Virus record (IMG/VR): IMGVR_UViG_3300011906_000002
Span: 1-64,000 of that record
Origin: an uncultured virus (IMG/VR IMGVR_UViG_3300011906_000002)
Lineage: Duplodnaviria; Heunggongvirae; Uroviricota; Caudoviricetes
Strand: one strand, 5' to 3'
Length of the DNA stretch: 64,000 nucleotides
Position numbers and translations under genes: made by a program. The notes beneath the pieces are model-generated. The model was not told where the DNA came from, did not search any database, and saw nothing but the letters and a program-made list of their open reading frames with translations. Numbering within the stretch: the stretch's first letter is position 1; every line of letters begins with the position of its first letter. Shown here one piece after another: positions 29,894 to 38,714 of this stretch.

Positions 29894-29984
29894 CTAACGT
29901 ATAGCGGGACTTCGGTCCCGTCTATGCCAAATTACATTTTATGTCCTATTATGTGAGTCTCACCTGATAAGGTTTTATCCCCAC

Positions 29985-30857
29985 ATGAAAACGATTACGC
30001 GTACCATTATGGGTTCGGCCCTGCAAAGCGCACTGCTGTTGGGTATTCGCCCGCAAATCCTTCCCCATACCACGCTTAATGAAAAGTTTGGTGTGTTGGC
30101 GAATGCACAACTGAACGAAGGTGAGGTCCCTCATTTGGGTTACTTTGCCATTGGTAACGGTGGCCACCGCAACCGTACCGGTGCTGACGGTGTTCCGTAC
30201 ACCACTCCGCATCATCGGGTTTCGACCCATGCTGCACTGTATCGCCATTTGCCGTTTGTGTTGCGTCCGGTTGACAACGACCTGACTGTAGCTGAGCGTG
30301 CACGCTATGGTCTACGGGTTGTCGAGACCCACAACAACCTGCGTTACTTTGCTTACTACCTCAAGCGTTACAACCTGGCTGACGTCCTGCCGGTGATCGA
30401 ACACACGATCGTCGACGGTGACAACGAGATCTCTTCGCCGTACGAGTTTACGATGGCGAACCTGAATCCTACGCCGCCAGATGTACCTGAAGGTTCGGTG
30501 ATCACCACCTCCGGTAACTACGTGTCGGTCTCCTCGATTCTCAAACTGTTGTTCACAGCAGCTGACGTCCTGGAACTGATCGAAGCGTGCCGGATCAAGT
30601 ACAACAACGAAGCCTACGCGATCATTTCTGAAATCGCCATGGTCTCGGGTGTGGATCGTCTGGCAACAGTGCAAGGCAGTGGCAATCAAACCTTCAACAT
30701 GATGGAAGTGGCGTGTGCACAAGTGTGCAGCTTCATCACCACTGACCACCGTGTGGCCTTCACCAACTCAGGCTTTGAGCAGAGCATCGAACTCGGTGCG
30801 ACTGAACCCATGTTGTCAGCGACTGACGTCGTGACTGCTGGAGTGCTGCCAAGCTAA
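29985..30857 (+). CDS. Virion structural protein (phiKZ gp139-like)
   Basis: TTLNEKF, YFAIGNGGH, LPFVLR...NDL and YFAYYLKR motifs; located next to RuvC. Confidence 0.7.
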   Translation: MKTITRTIMGSALQSALLLGIRPQILPHTTLNEKFGVLANAQLNEGEVPHLGYFAIGNGGHRNRTGADGVPYTTPHHRVSTHAALYRHLPFVLRPVDNDLTVAERARYGLRVVETHNNLRYFAYYLKRYNLADVLPVIEHTIVDGDNEISSPYEFTMANLNPTPPDVPEGSVITTSGNYVSVSSILKLLFTAADVLELIEACRIKYNNEAYAIISEIAMVSGVDRLATVQGSGNQTFNMMEVACAQVCSFITTDHRVAFTNSGFEQSIELGATEPMLSATDVVTAGVLPS

Positions 30858-30869
30858 GTCGAGGTAGTT

Positions 30870-31457
30870 ATGCTTACCGTCCCACACGGGGTGAGTAAGT
30901 ACCGAATCTGTGCCATCGACCCCGGAACTGACACCATGGGGTTGGTGGTATTGGATGTTGACCTGATGACCTCTGAGCTAGACCTAGTGTCCGCTTATAC
31001 GTCCTCGGGGTTACGCATGAGTCGCAAAGCGCCTGATGGTTTCACGGTACATGGTGACCGTTGGGCTAAGCTTTTTATGCATGAACAAAACATCCTCCAT
31101 TGGTTACGGACTTACCAACCCAACTCACTGATATGTGAATCGCCGTTTCTGGGACGTTTCCCACAAGCCTTCGAGTCCCTCGTGGAATGTAAGGCCACGA
31201 TTCGCAGAGCCTTGACGCAATACGATGCCTTTATGCCATTGGAGACTATTGACCCACCCAGTGCAAAATCTGCGGTCGGTGCGTTGGTTAAAAAGGGTAG
31301 TAAAGAGAATGTCAAAGAAAGCATTCTGAAACTTACAGACCTCAACAATAAGACGGGTATCCCACTCCAAACAATGGATGAGCACACTGTCGATGCCATT
31401 GCGGTCGGGTACTACAAATACACCCTCATTCGTAAATGGTTGAAAGGGGAGATCTAA
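30870..31457 (+). CDS. ruvC: RuvC-like Holliday junction resolvase
   Basis: ICAIDPGT, ICESPF, P..AK.AVG....GSKE and DEHTVDAIAVG acidic catalytic residues. Confidence 0.88.
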   Translation: MLTVPHGVSKYRICAIDPGTDTMGLVVLDVDLMTSELDLVSAYTSSGLRMSRKAPDGFTVHGDRWAKLFMHEQNILHWLRTYQPNSLICESPFLGRFPQAFESLVECKATIRRALTQYDAFMPLETIDPPSAKSAVGALVKKGSKENVKESILKLTDLNNKTGIPLQTMDEHTVDAIAVGYYKYTLIRKWLKGEI

Positions 31458-31979
31458 ATGTTTAAATTTGATTTTCGTACCATTGTCTTTGTCTTTATCA
31501 TTGCGGTTGTAGGTTGGACCCAGTGGAAGATCTACAATCAAGAAAAAACCATCTCTGATCTGAGTACTACTCTGACCGAATCTCAGCAACAGGTCTCGAA
31601 CTTGGTGACTGAAGTCGACGAGTTGCGTGCCCAGATACGCATCGATCGCGCTGCTGTTCAGAGCTGGCAACAGACCACATCCGAGTTGCACAGTTTGCAA
31701 CAAGGACACCAGACTGAGGTGAAAAATGCTCTTTCCAATTTCCAATACCAGTTGGCGGTCAACGCCAAGACTGCTAAGCTTGCTCAGTTGGCCGTGGGCC
31801 ATAACGCCCAAGTTACCCAATCCGAAACGCCTTCTTATCGCATTGGCGATAACATTGCTACTACTGCTATTGATGGGATGTGGAACGCGTTTGCCACCAC
31901 CCAACAACTTACCGGAATTGCCGAGCCAAGTACCGGTGGAACTGCAGAAGAGAGCGCCGGTACAACCCCCGCCCGATAA
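31458..31979 (+). CDS. Putative inner-membrane spanin (Rz-like)
   Basis: N-terminal TM (IVFVFIIAVVGW) followed by a coiled coil; overlapped by a lipoprotein ORF. Confidence 0.65.
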   Translation: MFKFDFRTIVFVFIIAVVGWTQWKIYNQEKTISDLSTTLTESQQQVSNLVTEVDELRAQIRIDRAAVQSWQQTTSELHSLQQGHQTEVKNALSNFQYQLAVNAKTAKLAQLAVGHNAQVTQSETPSYRIGDNIATTAIDGMWNAFATTQQLTGIAEPSTGGTAEESAGTTPAR

Positions 31980-32139
31980 GGCGGTATTCTTAGCAGGAAC
32001 AGCAGAAGAAGCCCTGTTGTTGACAGCTTTGGCCTACATGATTCAGACCGAAAATCTGGGCATGTGTTTTGCAACGCAAGCTTCTCTCCAGAAATGGTAT
32101 GAGGAAACAGCCAAGAGGGCTAACTTGCGAGGTAAGTAA
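31726..32139 (+). CDS. Putative outer-membrane spanin lipoprotein (Rz1-like); start uncertain
   Basis: KR-LLIALAITLLLLLLMG-C lipobox followed by a Pro-rich segment, in an alternative frame overlapping the i-spanin. Confidence 0.65.
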   Translation: MLFPISNTSWRSTPRLLSLLSWPWAITPKLPNPKRLLIALAITLLLLLLMGCGTRLPPPNNLPELPSQVPVELQKRAPVQPPPDKAVFLAGTAEEALLLTALAYMIQTENLGMCFATQASLQKWYEETAKRANLRGK

Positions 32140-32140
32140 C

Positions 32141-32548
32141 ATGAACATCGGTGGGGCGTTGGGCACAGCTGGGAAGCGCCCGTTGGGGGAGTTCGAGTGG
32201 GGGGAAACGATCATCGAGATTTGCAACAGCCATTTGTCTGAAAAGGCACAGTTGTTGCTAACCGATTCAGGGAACGACGCATACGCTAAGATCACAGCTT
32301 TGAAGGACGCTGTCCAGATCAAACTGTTGTCCATGGAGGTAGGCGCCATTCTCGAAGGAAGTGCTAAAGCCAAATCGAATTACGTTCGAATTGGTTTGGT
32401 CTTGTTGTCCGTTGTGATGGCAATGATCAGCACCTTCGCCACCTATCACTTCAATCCTGCCGGCGTTGGCGATGAAGAGAAGTCGCAGATGATGCAAGTA
32501 TTGGTCGGTGCACTTCAGATGTTGCTACAAATGGTAACAGGTGTGTAA
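32141..32548 (+). CDS. Membrane protein with two C-terminal hydrophobic segments (holin candidate)
   Basis: IGLVLLSVVMAMISTFATY and MMQVLVGALQMLLQMV; follows the spanins. Confidence 0.5.
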   Translation: MNIGGALGTAGKRPLGEFEWGETIIEICNSHLSEKAQLLLTDSGNDAYAKITALKDAVQIKLLSMEVGAILEGSAKAKSNYVRIGLVLLSVVMAMISTFATYHFNPAGVGDEEKSQMMQVLVGALQMLLQMVTGV

Positions 32549-32594
32549 CGGCATACAGGGAGGCCAAGGCCTCCCTGTAGGCTTTTATGCTGCT

Positions 32595-33092
32595 TCAGAA
32601 CGATACTTCCATGTCCGGCTTTGGGAGAATGTCTTGTTCGGCCGTGTAAAAGATCACTGTGTCGCCACCACTGAGAATGCTGTGGGTGTAGTAGGCAGGG
32701 ATTCCATCGAAGTAAACGACCGGAATATTTCTACTTGTGTGATCACCCACCAGCACTATCTCGGCCGTGCGGTGTTGGTCTACACCATTAAGGTGTCTAA
32801 CAGTCAAAGCGATGACTGTTACGTCAATCCCGTCGATGGTTTGTTGGGTGGTGGACGTACCCAACCCCGAGCCTACATTGATATGGTTGGTAGTAAATGC
32901 ATAAAAGAGTTCCCAATAAGCATTGGAACTTGCTTCCATGTTAACGATGGCGTTGTAGTTAGGAGCTGGGGTAAACATACGAGTCCAAAGACTGTTGATC
33001 TTAACCCAGCGTTCCACTATAGGTTTCCACTGACCACCCACATTAACAATCGGGGTCCCTTTACGCCAAGCTGAACCTAACTTGAATCGCAT
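32595..33092 (-). CDS. Small adhesin-like protein (K..GxW triple-repeat N-terminus), paralogue 1
   Basis: MRFKLGSAW...VGGQWK...VKINSLW. Confidence 0.6.
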   Translation of the reverse strand: MRFKLGSAWRKGTPIVNVGGQWKPIVERWVKINSLWTRMFTPAPNYNAIVNMEASSNAYWELFYAFTTNHINVGSGLGTSTTQQTIDGIDVTVIALTVRHLNGVDQHRTAEIVLVGDHTSRNIPVVYFDGIPAYYTHSILSGGDTVIFYTAEQDILPKPDMEVSF

Positions 33093-33094
33093 GA

Positions 33095-33808
33095 CTACAC
33101 CTTGACTTTAAGGTTACCTGGATGCAGACCCAATACAAACTTCTGCTCAACCTTGATTGCACATTCAGCTTTGGTGATGCGTCCGTCTTTGTTGACGTCC
33201 AAACCTTTGTTCTGAATGTAGGCTTTACCCTTACCTTCGACAAACAGAACGTAGTCTTCCGGCTTACCTACAGCGACAGGGTAGAGTATGCGCATATAGA
33301 CGTCACTAAGCGTCTTGACCTTCCCCGCATAGGGTTTGAAGAACTTGTAGACGTACTCGAGCTGAGCTTCAGCTGAGAGTTTGACCAGCGCCGCGGTGGT
33401 GGTACCCACGTCTTTAGCGGCCGCTGTACCAAACTGGATCAGACCGTAGTAAGGAGCACCCGCACCGTTCTTGATCGAAGGGCTGAAGGTCTCTCCGGTC
33501 TCGAAAGCCATGCACGCCATCAGTTGATCAGGACCTTGCCAACCAAGTTTCAGATCACTCGCCATTTGAGCCACACGAGCGATGAATTGATCCGAGACTT
33601 TATTCGACCACGCTGTTGCCACGCAATACGCAAACAGAATATCCGACATCGCTTCGGGTTTGGATTTCTTGTGTACAACCATCCGCCGAGCGTTAACGAA
33701 TGCGCCGTGAGAGATACTGCCCCACAAACCGTCAATCAAGCCGGTGTACAGACCCAGTACCTTAAGGCCACGCTGGAGTTCTTTCAAGGTTTCTTTAGTT
33801 ACGGACAT
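33095..33808 (-). CDS. Modular endolysin: peptidoglycan-binding domain plus lysozyme-like/lytic transglycosylase domain
   Basis: ELQRGLKVLGLYTGLIDGLWG (PG-binding); MACMAFETG (catalytic Glu); YYGLIQF; EF-hand-like LDVNKDGRITKAE; GAGGA SD before ATG 33808. Confidence 0.85.
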   Translation of the reverse strand: MSVTKETLKELQRGLKVLGLYTGLIDGLWGSISHGAFVNARRMVVHKKSKPEAMSDILFAYCVATAWSNKVSDQFIARVAQMASDLKLGWQGPDQLMACMAFETGETFSPSIKNGAGAPYYGLIQFGTAAAKDVGTTTAALVKLSAEAQLEYVYKFFKPYAGKVKTLSDVYMRILYPVAVGKPEDYVLFVEGKGKAYIQNKGLDVNKDGRITKAECAIKVEQKFVLGLHPGNLKVKV

Positions 33809-33822
33809 GTCATTTTCCTCAT

Positions 33823-33934
33823 TTAAACGATAGACACCCATTGTCCAGAGACGGCTATAGGTGCATCAAAGACCCAGTTAACACTTGATTAACGGGCGTC
33901 CCGTTACCCAGACCCCCGTGCGTTTGATTCTCAT
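33823..33934 (-). pseudogene. Internally deleted remnant of an adhesin-like paralogue
   Basis: MRIKRTGVWVTGRPLIK is joined out of frame to VNWVFDAPIAVSGQWVSIV*, matching the N- and C-termini of the two neighbouring paralogues. Confidence 0.8.
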
Positions 33935-33946
33935 ACCCTCACCCCT

Positions 33947-34429
33947 TTACACAACGATTGTCCAAGAACCCTGGATTGAGATTGGGTATGGAAACACCCA
34001 CCGAAAATAGGTTCGATTTCCATGGCGGTAGTTATTGACATTCTCGCCTTTGATGCCGTTTAAATAAATGGGTCGCAAAGACATGTCACTAACTTTCCCA
34101 ACCACACACAACTCAACCCATTGGTAAGGACCTGTCCCTAAATAAGGGTCTCCGCCGGTGACAAAAGACTCTACGGTATTGCCCACCAACAGCCACGGTT
34201 TGGATGCCGACCCGAAGCTGGTATAAGTGTTGCTATATCCGTAAATGGATTTAAATAGGTCCCCACCTACTACAATCCCACTTTGCCATAACGTGGCTTG
34301 TGTCACCGTCACCAAATCGGCCCAGCGTCCATTTATTTTAATCAACATCCGCGTCACAGGTTTCCATAGACCCCGTACTTTGACGGTGTTGACCCCCAGT
34401 ACCCACCTTCCTCCTTTTCTTACAAACAC
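33947..34429 (-). CDS. Small adhesin-like protein, paralogue 2
   Basis: VRKGGRW...VKVRGLWK...IKINGRW; shares YG.....FG..S.P.L, GTGP..W.E..V.G and NRTY..W.F with paralogue 3. Confidence 0.65.
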   Translation of the reverse strand: MFVRKGGRWVLGVNTVKVRGLWKPVTRMLIKINGRWADLVTVTQATLWQSGIVVGGDLFKSIYGYSNTYTSFGSASKPWLLVGNTVESFVTGGDPYLGTGPYQWVELCVVGKVSDMSLRPIYLNGIKGENVNNYRHGNRTYFRWVFPYPISIQGSWTIVV

Positions 34430-34500
34430 AATATAGTCCCCCGACTATTCACCCCCAATGAAATTCCCCCGTCCCATTTGTTGTGTGTGTGTTTTGCAAT

Positions 34501-35001
34501 TTACGTATTGATTACCCACTGACCTGAGGTAGGAAGTGCGACGTCAAAACTCCAGTTCAGATACGTGCGATTCTGCTCTGCCAAGAAAGCATTACGTACC
34601 AAACGACCAATCTTACCATTGATCGTGATATCGCCTGCGTAGATTCCACTCGCGTTTCCTTCAACGGCCATTTCGATCCACATGTTTGGACCAACCCCTG
34701 TGAAGTCTTTATTACCAGTGATCATGTAATGAACACGGTGACCACTCTTCAGGTAGGGGTGCGATGTGTTCCCATAAGGGTTGGCTACAATAACGTTGAA
34801 ACCATACTGAATGTAACTGCCAGCATTGACACTACCGACTGTAACAGTTGCTGCGTACAGGTTGTTCAAAATACCCCGGTAGACAAATTCAATCCATCGT
34901 CCCGCTTCTTTGATCAGATACCGTACAGGCTTTTTCCACGTACCGGCGTGTTTGATTAGGGGAATCGTGTTAATCCAAACACCTGCTTGTTTAATTCTCA
35001 T
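34501..35001 (-). CDS. Small adhesin-like protein, paralogue 3
   Basis: MRIKQAGVW...IKHAGTWK...IKEAGRW. Confidence 0.65.
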   Translation of the reverse strand: MRIKQAGVWINTIPLIKHAGTWKKPVRYLIKEAGRWIEFVYRGILNNLYAATVTVGSVNAGSYIQYGFNVIVANPYGNTSHPYLKSGHRVHYMITGNKDFTGVGPNMWIEMAVEGNASGIYAGDITINGKIGRLVRNAFLAEQNRTYLNWSFDVALPTSGQWVINT

Positions 35002-35078
35002 ACAAAACCCCGTTAGGTACTCCCTTCTCATAAGATACCGGGCATAAAACCCCAGGGAGGCCGAAGCCTCCCCAGGAC

Positions 35079-35633
35079 TCACAACAGCTCGATGTAGTAG
35101 TCGTTAACCAAGGTTAACCGCATCTCATCTTTGACTGGCGGTACGTAGTGTTGCAAGTAACTTGGCAGGACCACCAAATCCCCAGCCGCCGGACTGTATT
35201 TAAAATCTCCGAAATAACTGTCACGAACAGACCTTGGATATCCACGACATGCATTGCCACGAGGATCGTACAGGACGATTTCTGATTCGTAATCGTCAGG
35301 ATACAAGATGGTGGTGATGGCTGAACTACCGTGTAGGTGTGCACCCAATGATTTACCTTCGGCTAACCACCGCCCGAAGCTTTCCACTTTGACGTTTTGG
35401 TAGTCGTACCCAAACTCTTGTTTGATGAAGTCCACAACAATCGGAGTAATCCAAGTGTCACGCACCCCAATCAGTTCAGGGAACTCTTCCCGAGTCGCCG
35501 GATAGGGTTTGTCATCCCCCTCAGGTGACATGCAGTGCAACGCCAGAATCTCATCACCAATGGCTTGCAAGTCACACTTGTCTGCAAGGTTAGTCACGGC
35601 GATGCGAGTGCGCCAAGGTTCGATTAATTTCAT
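35079..35633 (-). CDS. 2OG-Fe(II) oxygenase-like protein (TIGR02466-type HxH)
   Basis: AHLHGSS..T.ILYP, DPRG, GDLVVLPSYLQHYV and RLTLV. Confidence 0.8.
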   Translation of the reverse strand: MKLIEPWRTRIAVTNLADKCDLQAIGDEILALHCMSPEGDDKPYPATREEFPELIGVRDTWITPIVVDFIKQEFGYDYQNVKVESFGRWLAEGKSLGAHLHGSSAITTILYPDDYESEIVLYDPRGNACRGYPRSVRDSYFGDFKYSPAAGDLVVLPSYLQHYVPPVKDEMRLTLVNDYYIELL

Positions 35634-36184
35634 TTTTCCTCCACCACCAAATCGGTTACCAGTGACAGACGCATTTCGGGTTCATAACCACCCACACAAT
35701 GGGTTAGATACGCGGGAAAGATCAACAGCTCACCTGCTTGGGGTTCGTACCGGAAGTTTGCAAACTGTCGATCACGGATCTCTTTGGGAATGCCTCGTCC
35801 CGCCGAGCCACGCGGGTCCATGATAATCAACGGTGCTTTACTTGCAATGGGGTAGAACACCGAACTCAGCGTTGAGAAGCTGTGTTGATGTGGCTCCATT
35901 CCACGTCCGTCAGTAACCGTCAAACCAAAGTGTTGGAAGTAATGTGGGTGCTCTGAAAGTTTGGCCCCGTATTCAACCAACAGGTAGTTAGCCAAGGCTG
36001 GACGAATGTGCTCTTCTTGTAGCGCTCGCAAGATTTCAAACTCAAGCCGTACCTCAGCACTCAAGTCTTGTCCTGTAGGTGTCATCAGAATCGCTTCAGC
36101 GATGGCTTCAAGATCAACCTTCTCAGAGAGGTTAATTCGCCACACCACAGTGCTCCAGGGGTGTTCTCTCACAATGTCACCCAT
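35630..36184 (-). CDS. 2OG-Fe(II) oxygenase-like protein, tandem paralogue
   Basis: PHQHSFS..SSVFYP, DPRG, GELLIFPAYLTHCV and RLSLV; ATG 36184 overlaps the end of the upstream gene. Confidence 0.8.
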   Translation of the reverse strand: MGDIVREHPWSTVVWRINLSEKVDLEAIAEAILMTPTGQDLSAEVRLEFEILRALQEEHIRPALANYLLVEYGAKLSEHPHYFQHFGLTVTDGRGMEPHQHSFSTLSSVFYPIASKAPLIIMDPRGSAGRGIPKEIRDRQFANFRYEPQAGELLIFPAYLTHCVGGYEPEMRLSLVTDLVVEEK

Positions 36185-36614
36185 TGACACGCTCCAAACC
36201 TTCGGCAGTACACTCCAAACGGAAGTACTCGGCTGACATAGGCGCCCAACCGGATTCAATCCAATTAGGCATCGTGGCAAGTTCTGCCAGAATCGCTTCG
36301 TAGGTATCGGGGTCTTTGCTGTAGATTACAAAGAAGTCGTCGTGACCTAAGAACAGATCCGAGTCATCCAGTGATTCACGTAGCGGAATACCGTATTCCT
36401 GTTCCAACAAGGTGGCATAGATGATCGCCACCGCATAACTCTTGGCCGGGTAGACCAGAGGGAACTCAGCCTTACGGAAGTAGTTCAGTGCATTCTGAAT
36501 CAACTCAGGTTGTCTGATCCACTCCATGTTTTCGAAATCGTCGCTGTGTTCTTGCACTAGCTCGTGATACAAACGCTGGTACAGTTTGTAGTCGTGTTCA
36601 ACGGGTGTGTTCAT
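36177..36614 (-). CDS. Hypothetical protein in the radical-SAM cluster
   Basis: Translationally coupled on both sides; YPAKSYAVAIIYA. Confidence 0.75.
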   Translation of the reverse strand: MNTPVEHDYKLYQRLYHELVQEHSDDFENMEWIRQPELIQNALNYFRKAEFPLVYPAKSYAVAIIYATLLEQEYGIPLRESLDDSDLFLGHDDFFVIYSKDPDTYEAILAELATMPNWIESGWAPMSAEYFRLECTAEGLERVNG

Positions 36615-37696
36615 GCTTCTTGCCTACTGCTTAAAAGCTTATTGAGTTCGGTACCACAGTACTGCAGTTCTTTACCGTACTCACGGGTTAGGTCGTGGCG
36701 GTTCTTGATCCCAAGCGGACAGTGGTCGATCTTGAGGTAGCGCATCGTGGTATGGAGGTCACCGTGTGCACAAACGTTGACGTGACAACAATCACCGCAG
36801 GTTGGATGATCGGTGAACTGACTTAAGTTTTCGAAGTACTGGTTTTGACGGTACTCAATTACCTGATCAGCATCCCAGGGCTTAGGAATCTCGTAGAACG
36901 GATCGAAGATTGGAAACTTTTCCATGATCACGGGGATGTGATACAACACTCCGTCCCGATACCCCAACTCGACACCATCAAAGGGATCGTGTAACAGGTG
37001 ACCTACGAATTTCGAGTCGTGGTTGGCTATCACCTGAGTGAACTTATAGATGTCGTGTTTGAATTCATCATGACGTAACAGGTTTTCAAAACCATTACGA
37101 GAATGTGTGAAGGTGTAGTCTTTGATGGTCCGTACACCTAAATTTAAACTCATGATCTGGTGGTGATATTCAGGCGTGAACGCCGCCATGTTATCCCGGA
37201 ACATATTGATGGTTAGGTAGACGCTTTTCAGATGGGCTTTGCTAAGCCTGCTTGCAAAGAGCTGTACTCGTTCGGTTAACAGCTTCAAGTACTTTTCGTT
37301 GTAGCTGTTCTTAACTGTGATAGGTACGACCAAACGAATACCTTTGCCTGCCATCAGTTCATCAGCCAAATCGGCTAATTCAACAATCCCCTCTTCACGT
37401 AGCAGGGCCAGGGTCAACACGACGCTCTGGAAACGTTCAGCCATACCTTGGACTAATTCACTACTCATCACTGCCAAGCCATTCTTAGCTGACAGTACAT
37501 CAGTAGGGGCGAGGCTGAACTCAAAAGGACGAAAGCCTTTGTTCTGTAAGTCATCGACTAATGCAAACAGACGTTGGGCTTCATCACTTTCTACAGGTTC
37601 GGGTTTGTGATCTTTGTCCACTGTACAACCACCACAGTGGTAATCGCACCCTTCGAGTACTTCAAGAGTCAGGTTAATGTCACACAGTCTGTCCAT
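36611..37696 (-). CDS. Atypical radical SAM protein (CDYHCGGC) with Cys-rich C-terminus
   Basis: CxxxCxxC near the N-terminus; C-terminal CGDCCHVNVC...HC; no GGE motif. Confidence 0.75.
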   Translation of the reverse strand: MDRLCDINLTLEVLEGCDYHCGGCTVDKDHKPEPVESDEAQRLFALVDDLQNKGFRPFEFSLAPTDVLSAKNGLAVMSSELVQGMAERFQSVVLTLALLREEGIVELADLADELMAGKGIRLVVPITVKNSYNEKYLKLLTERVQLFASRLSKAHLKSVYLTINMFRDNMAAFTPEYHHQIMSLNLGVRTIKDYTFTHSRNGFENLLRHDEFKHDIYKFTQVIANHDSKFVGHLLHDPFDGVELGYRDGVLYHIPVIMEKFPIFDPFYEIPKPWDADQVIEYRQNQYFENLSQFTDHPTCGDCCHVNVCAHGDLHTTMRYLKIDHCPLGIKNRHDLTREYGKELQYCGTELNKLLSSRQEA

Positions 37697-38714
37697 CTTC
37701 CACCCCCACCATGCAGTCTTTGATGCTCAGACGTTCCATAAGGCTTGTGATGCCCTTTTCAACACAACTGCTAAGATACACACAGTTCATGCACTGCGTG
37801 CCTTCTAGGTGCTCTAGAGAGCTTTGTTGGGCCTGTGTACGGATTGTCAGCAAGTGCTCCATCGTCCAAGGACGTGGGATTTCAAAAAACGGGTCGATAA
37901 AGGCGCAGTCGTCTTTTAAGAACGGTACCCAATACAACTTACCGTCAGTGTAGAGCAGGTTCATCATAGTCCCGGTGTCGTAACACAGATCCGGATTCTG
38001 ACGCCGCTCGTCCTCACCTTCAAGTTCCTTATAGAAGTCAGAGATCAGGTAAGACATCCGCCGCATGGTTTGTCCAAGCAACAGGTCCTTGACTTCTTTG
38101 CGCCCATACGGAATGTTGAGAATGTCATCTTTGTCCACCGGGAACTCAACATCCAACCCACGGGCCAGGTTTTCTTTGTAGTGCTCGTTCATGGTGTCTG
38201 TGGTGCAGTTAACCACAAAACCTGCTTCGTTCAAGTACGCTGACTTAAACGCCGCTTGCGCATGTCGCATGCGGTGTACTATGCCGTCTGAGAACTTAGT
38301 GTTACGAAAGTAATCAGGAGCCGCTGGAATCAAGAACCGAATGCGTTGTCCTGGTGCTGCAGCATCGACCTCAGCACACATCTCATCGTACAACTCCAAA
38401 CGCTTTTCAAGCATCGCCATCTGGAGAGTGAATTGATGGAACATGTGGATGATGTCACGCACGACAGGGTCACGTAGAACTTGGTAGCCGTTAGTGGCTG
38501 ACATGGTGTCTGTCGCCCCAAGACCTAAGTCAAAGGCTACGTACCCGGCGTCAACCATCTCTTTAAGCAAAGCCAAGATTTCAGGCATGTCGGCCAAGTT
38601 ACCACCGATCTCTCGGTTGACCATACAACCACCGCAGTGGTGATTACATCCCTCGTAAAGATCGAGGGTGATCTCTAAACGTTGGCGATGGGGAACTATC
38701 ATAGCTCGCTCCAT
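37680..38714 (-). CDS. Atypical radical SAM protein (CNHHCGGC) with Cys-rich C-terminus
   Basis: Paralogue of 36611-37696 (shared DPF.EIP.PW); CMNCVYLSSC...DC. Confidence 0.75.
   Translation of the reverse strand: MERAMIVPHRQRLEITLDLYEGCNHHCGGCMVNREIGGNLADMPEILALLKEMVDAGYVAFDLGLGATDTMSATNGYQVLRDPVVRDIIHMFHQFTLQMAMLEKRLELYDEMCAEVDAAAPGQRIRFLIPAAPDYFRNTKFSDGIVHRMRHAQAAFKSAYLNEAGFVVNCTTDTMNEHYKENLARGLDVEFPVDKDDILNIPYGRKEVKDLLLGQTMRRMSYLISDFYKELEGEDERRQNPDLCYDTGTMMNLLYTDGKLYWVPFLKDDCAFIDPFFEIPRPWTMEHLLTIRTQAQQSSLEHLEGTQCMNCVYLSSCVEKGITSLMERLSIKDCMVGVEDGQTV

Noticed and set aside
32595..35001. Invertase/shufflon-type switching of the adhesin-like cassettes
   Set aside because: All copies lie on the same strand, each with its own start, and I found no recombinase gene or flanking inverted crossover sites.
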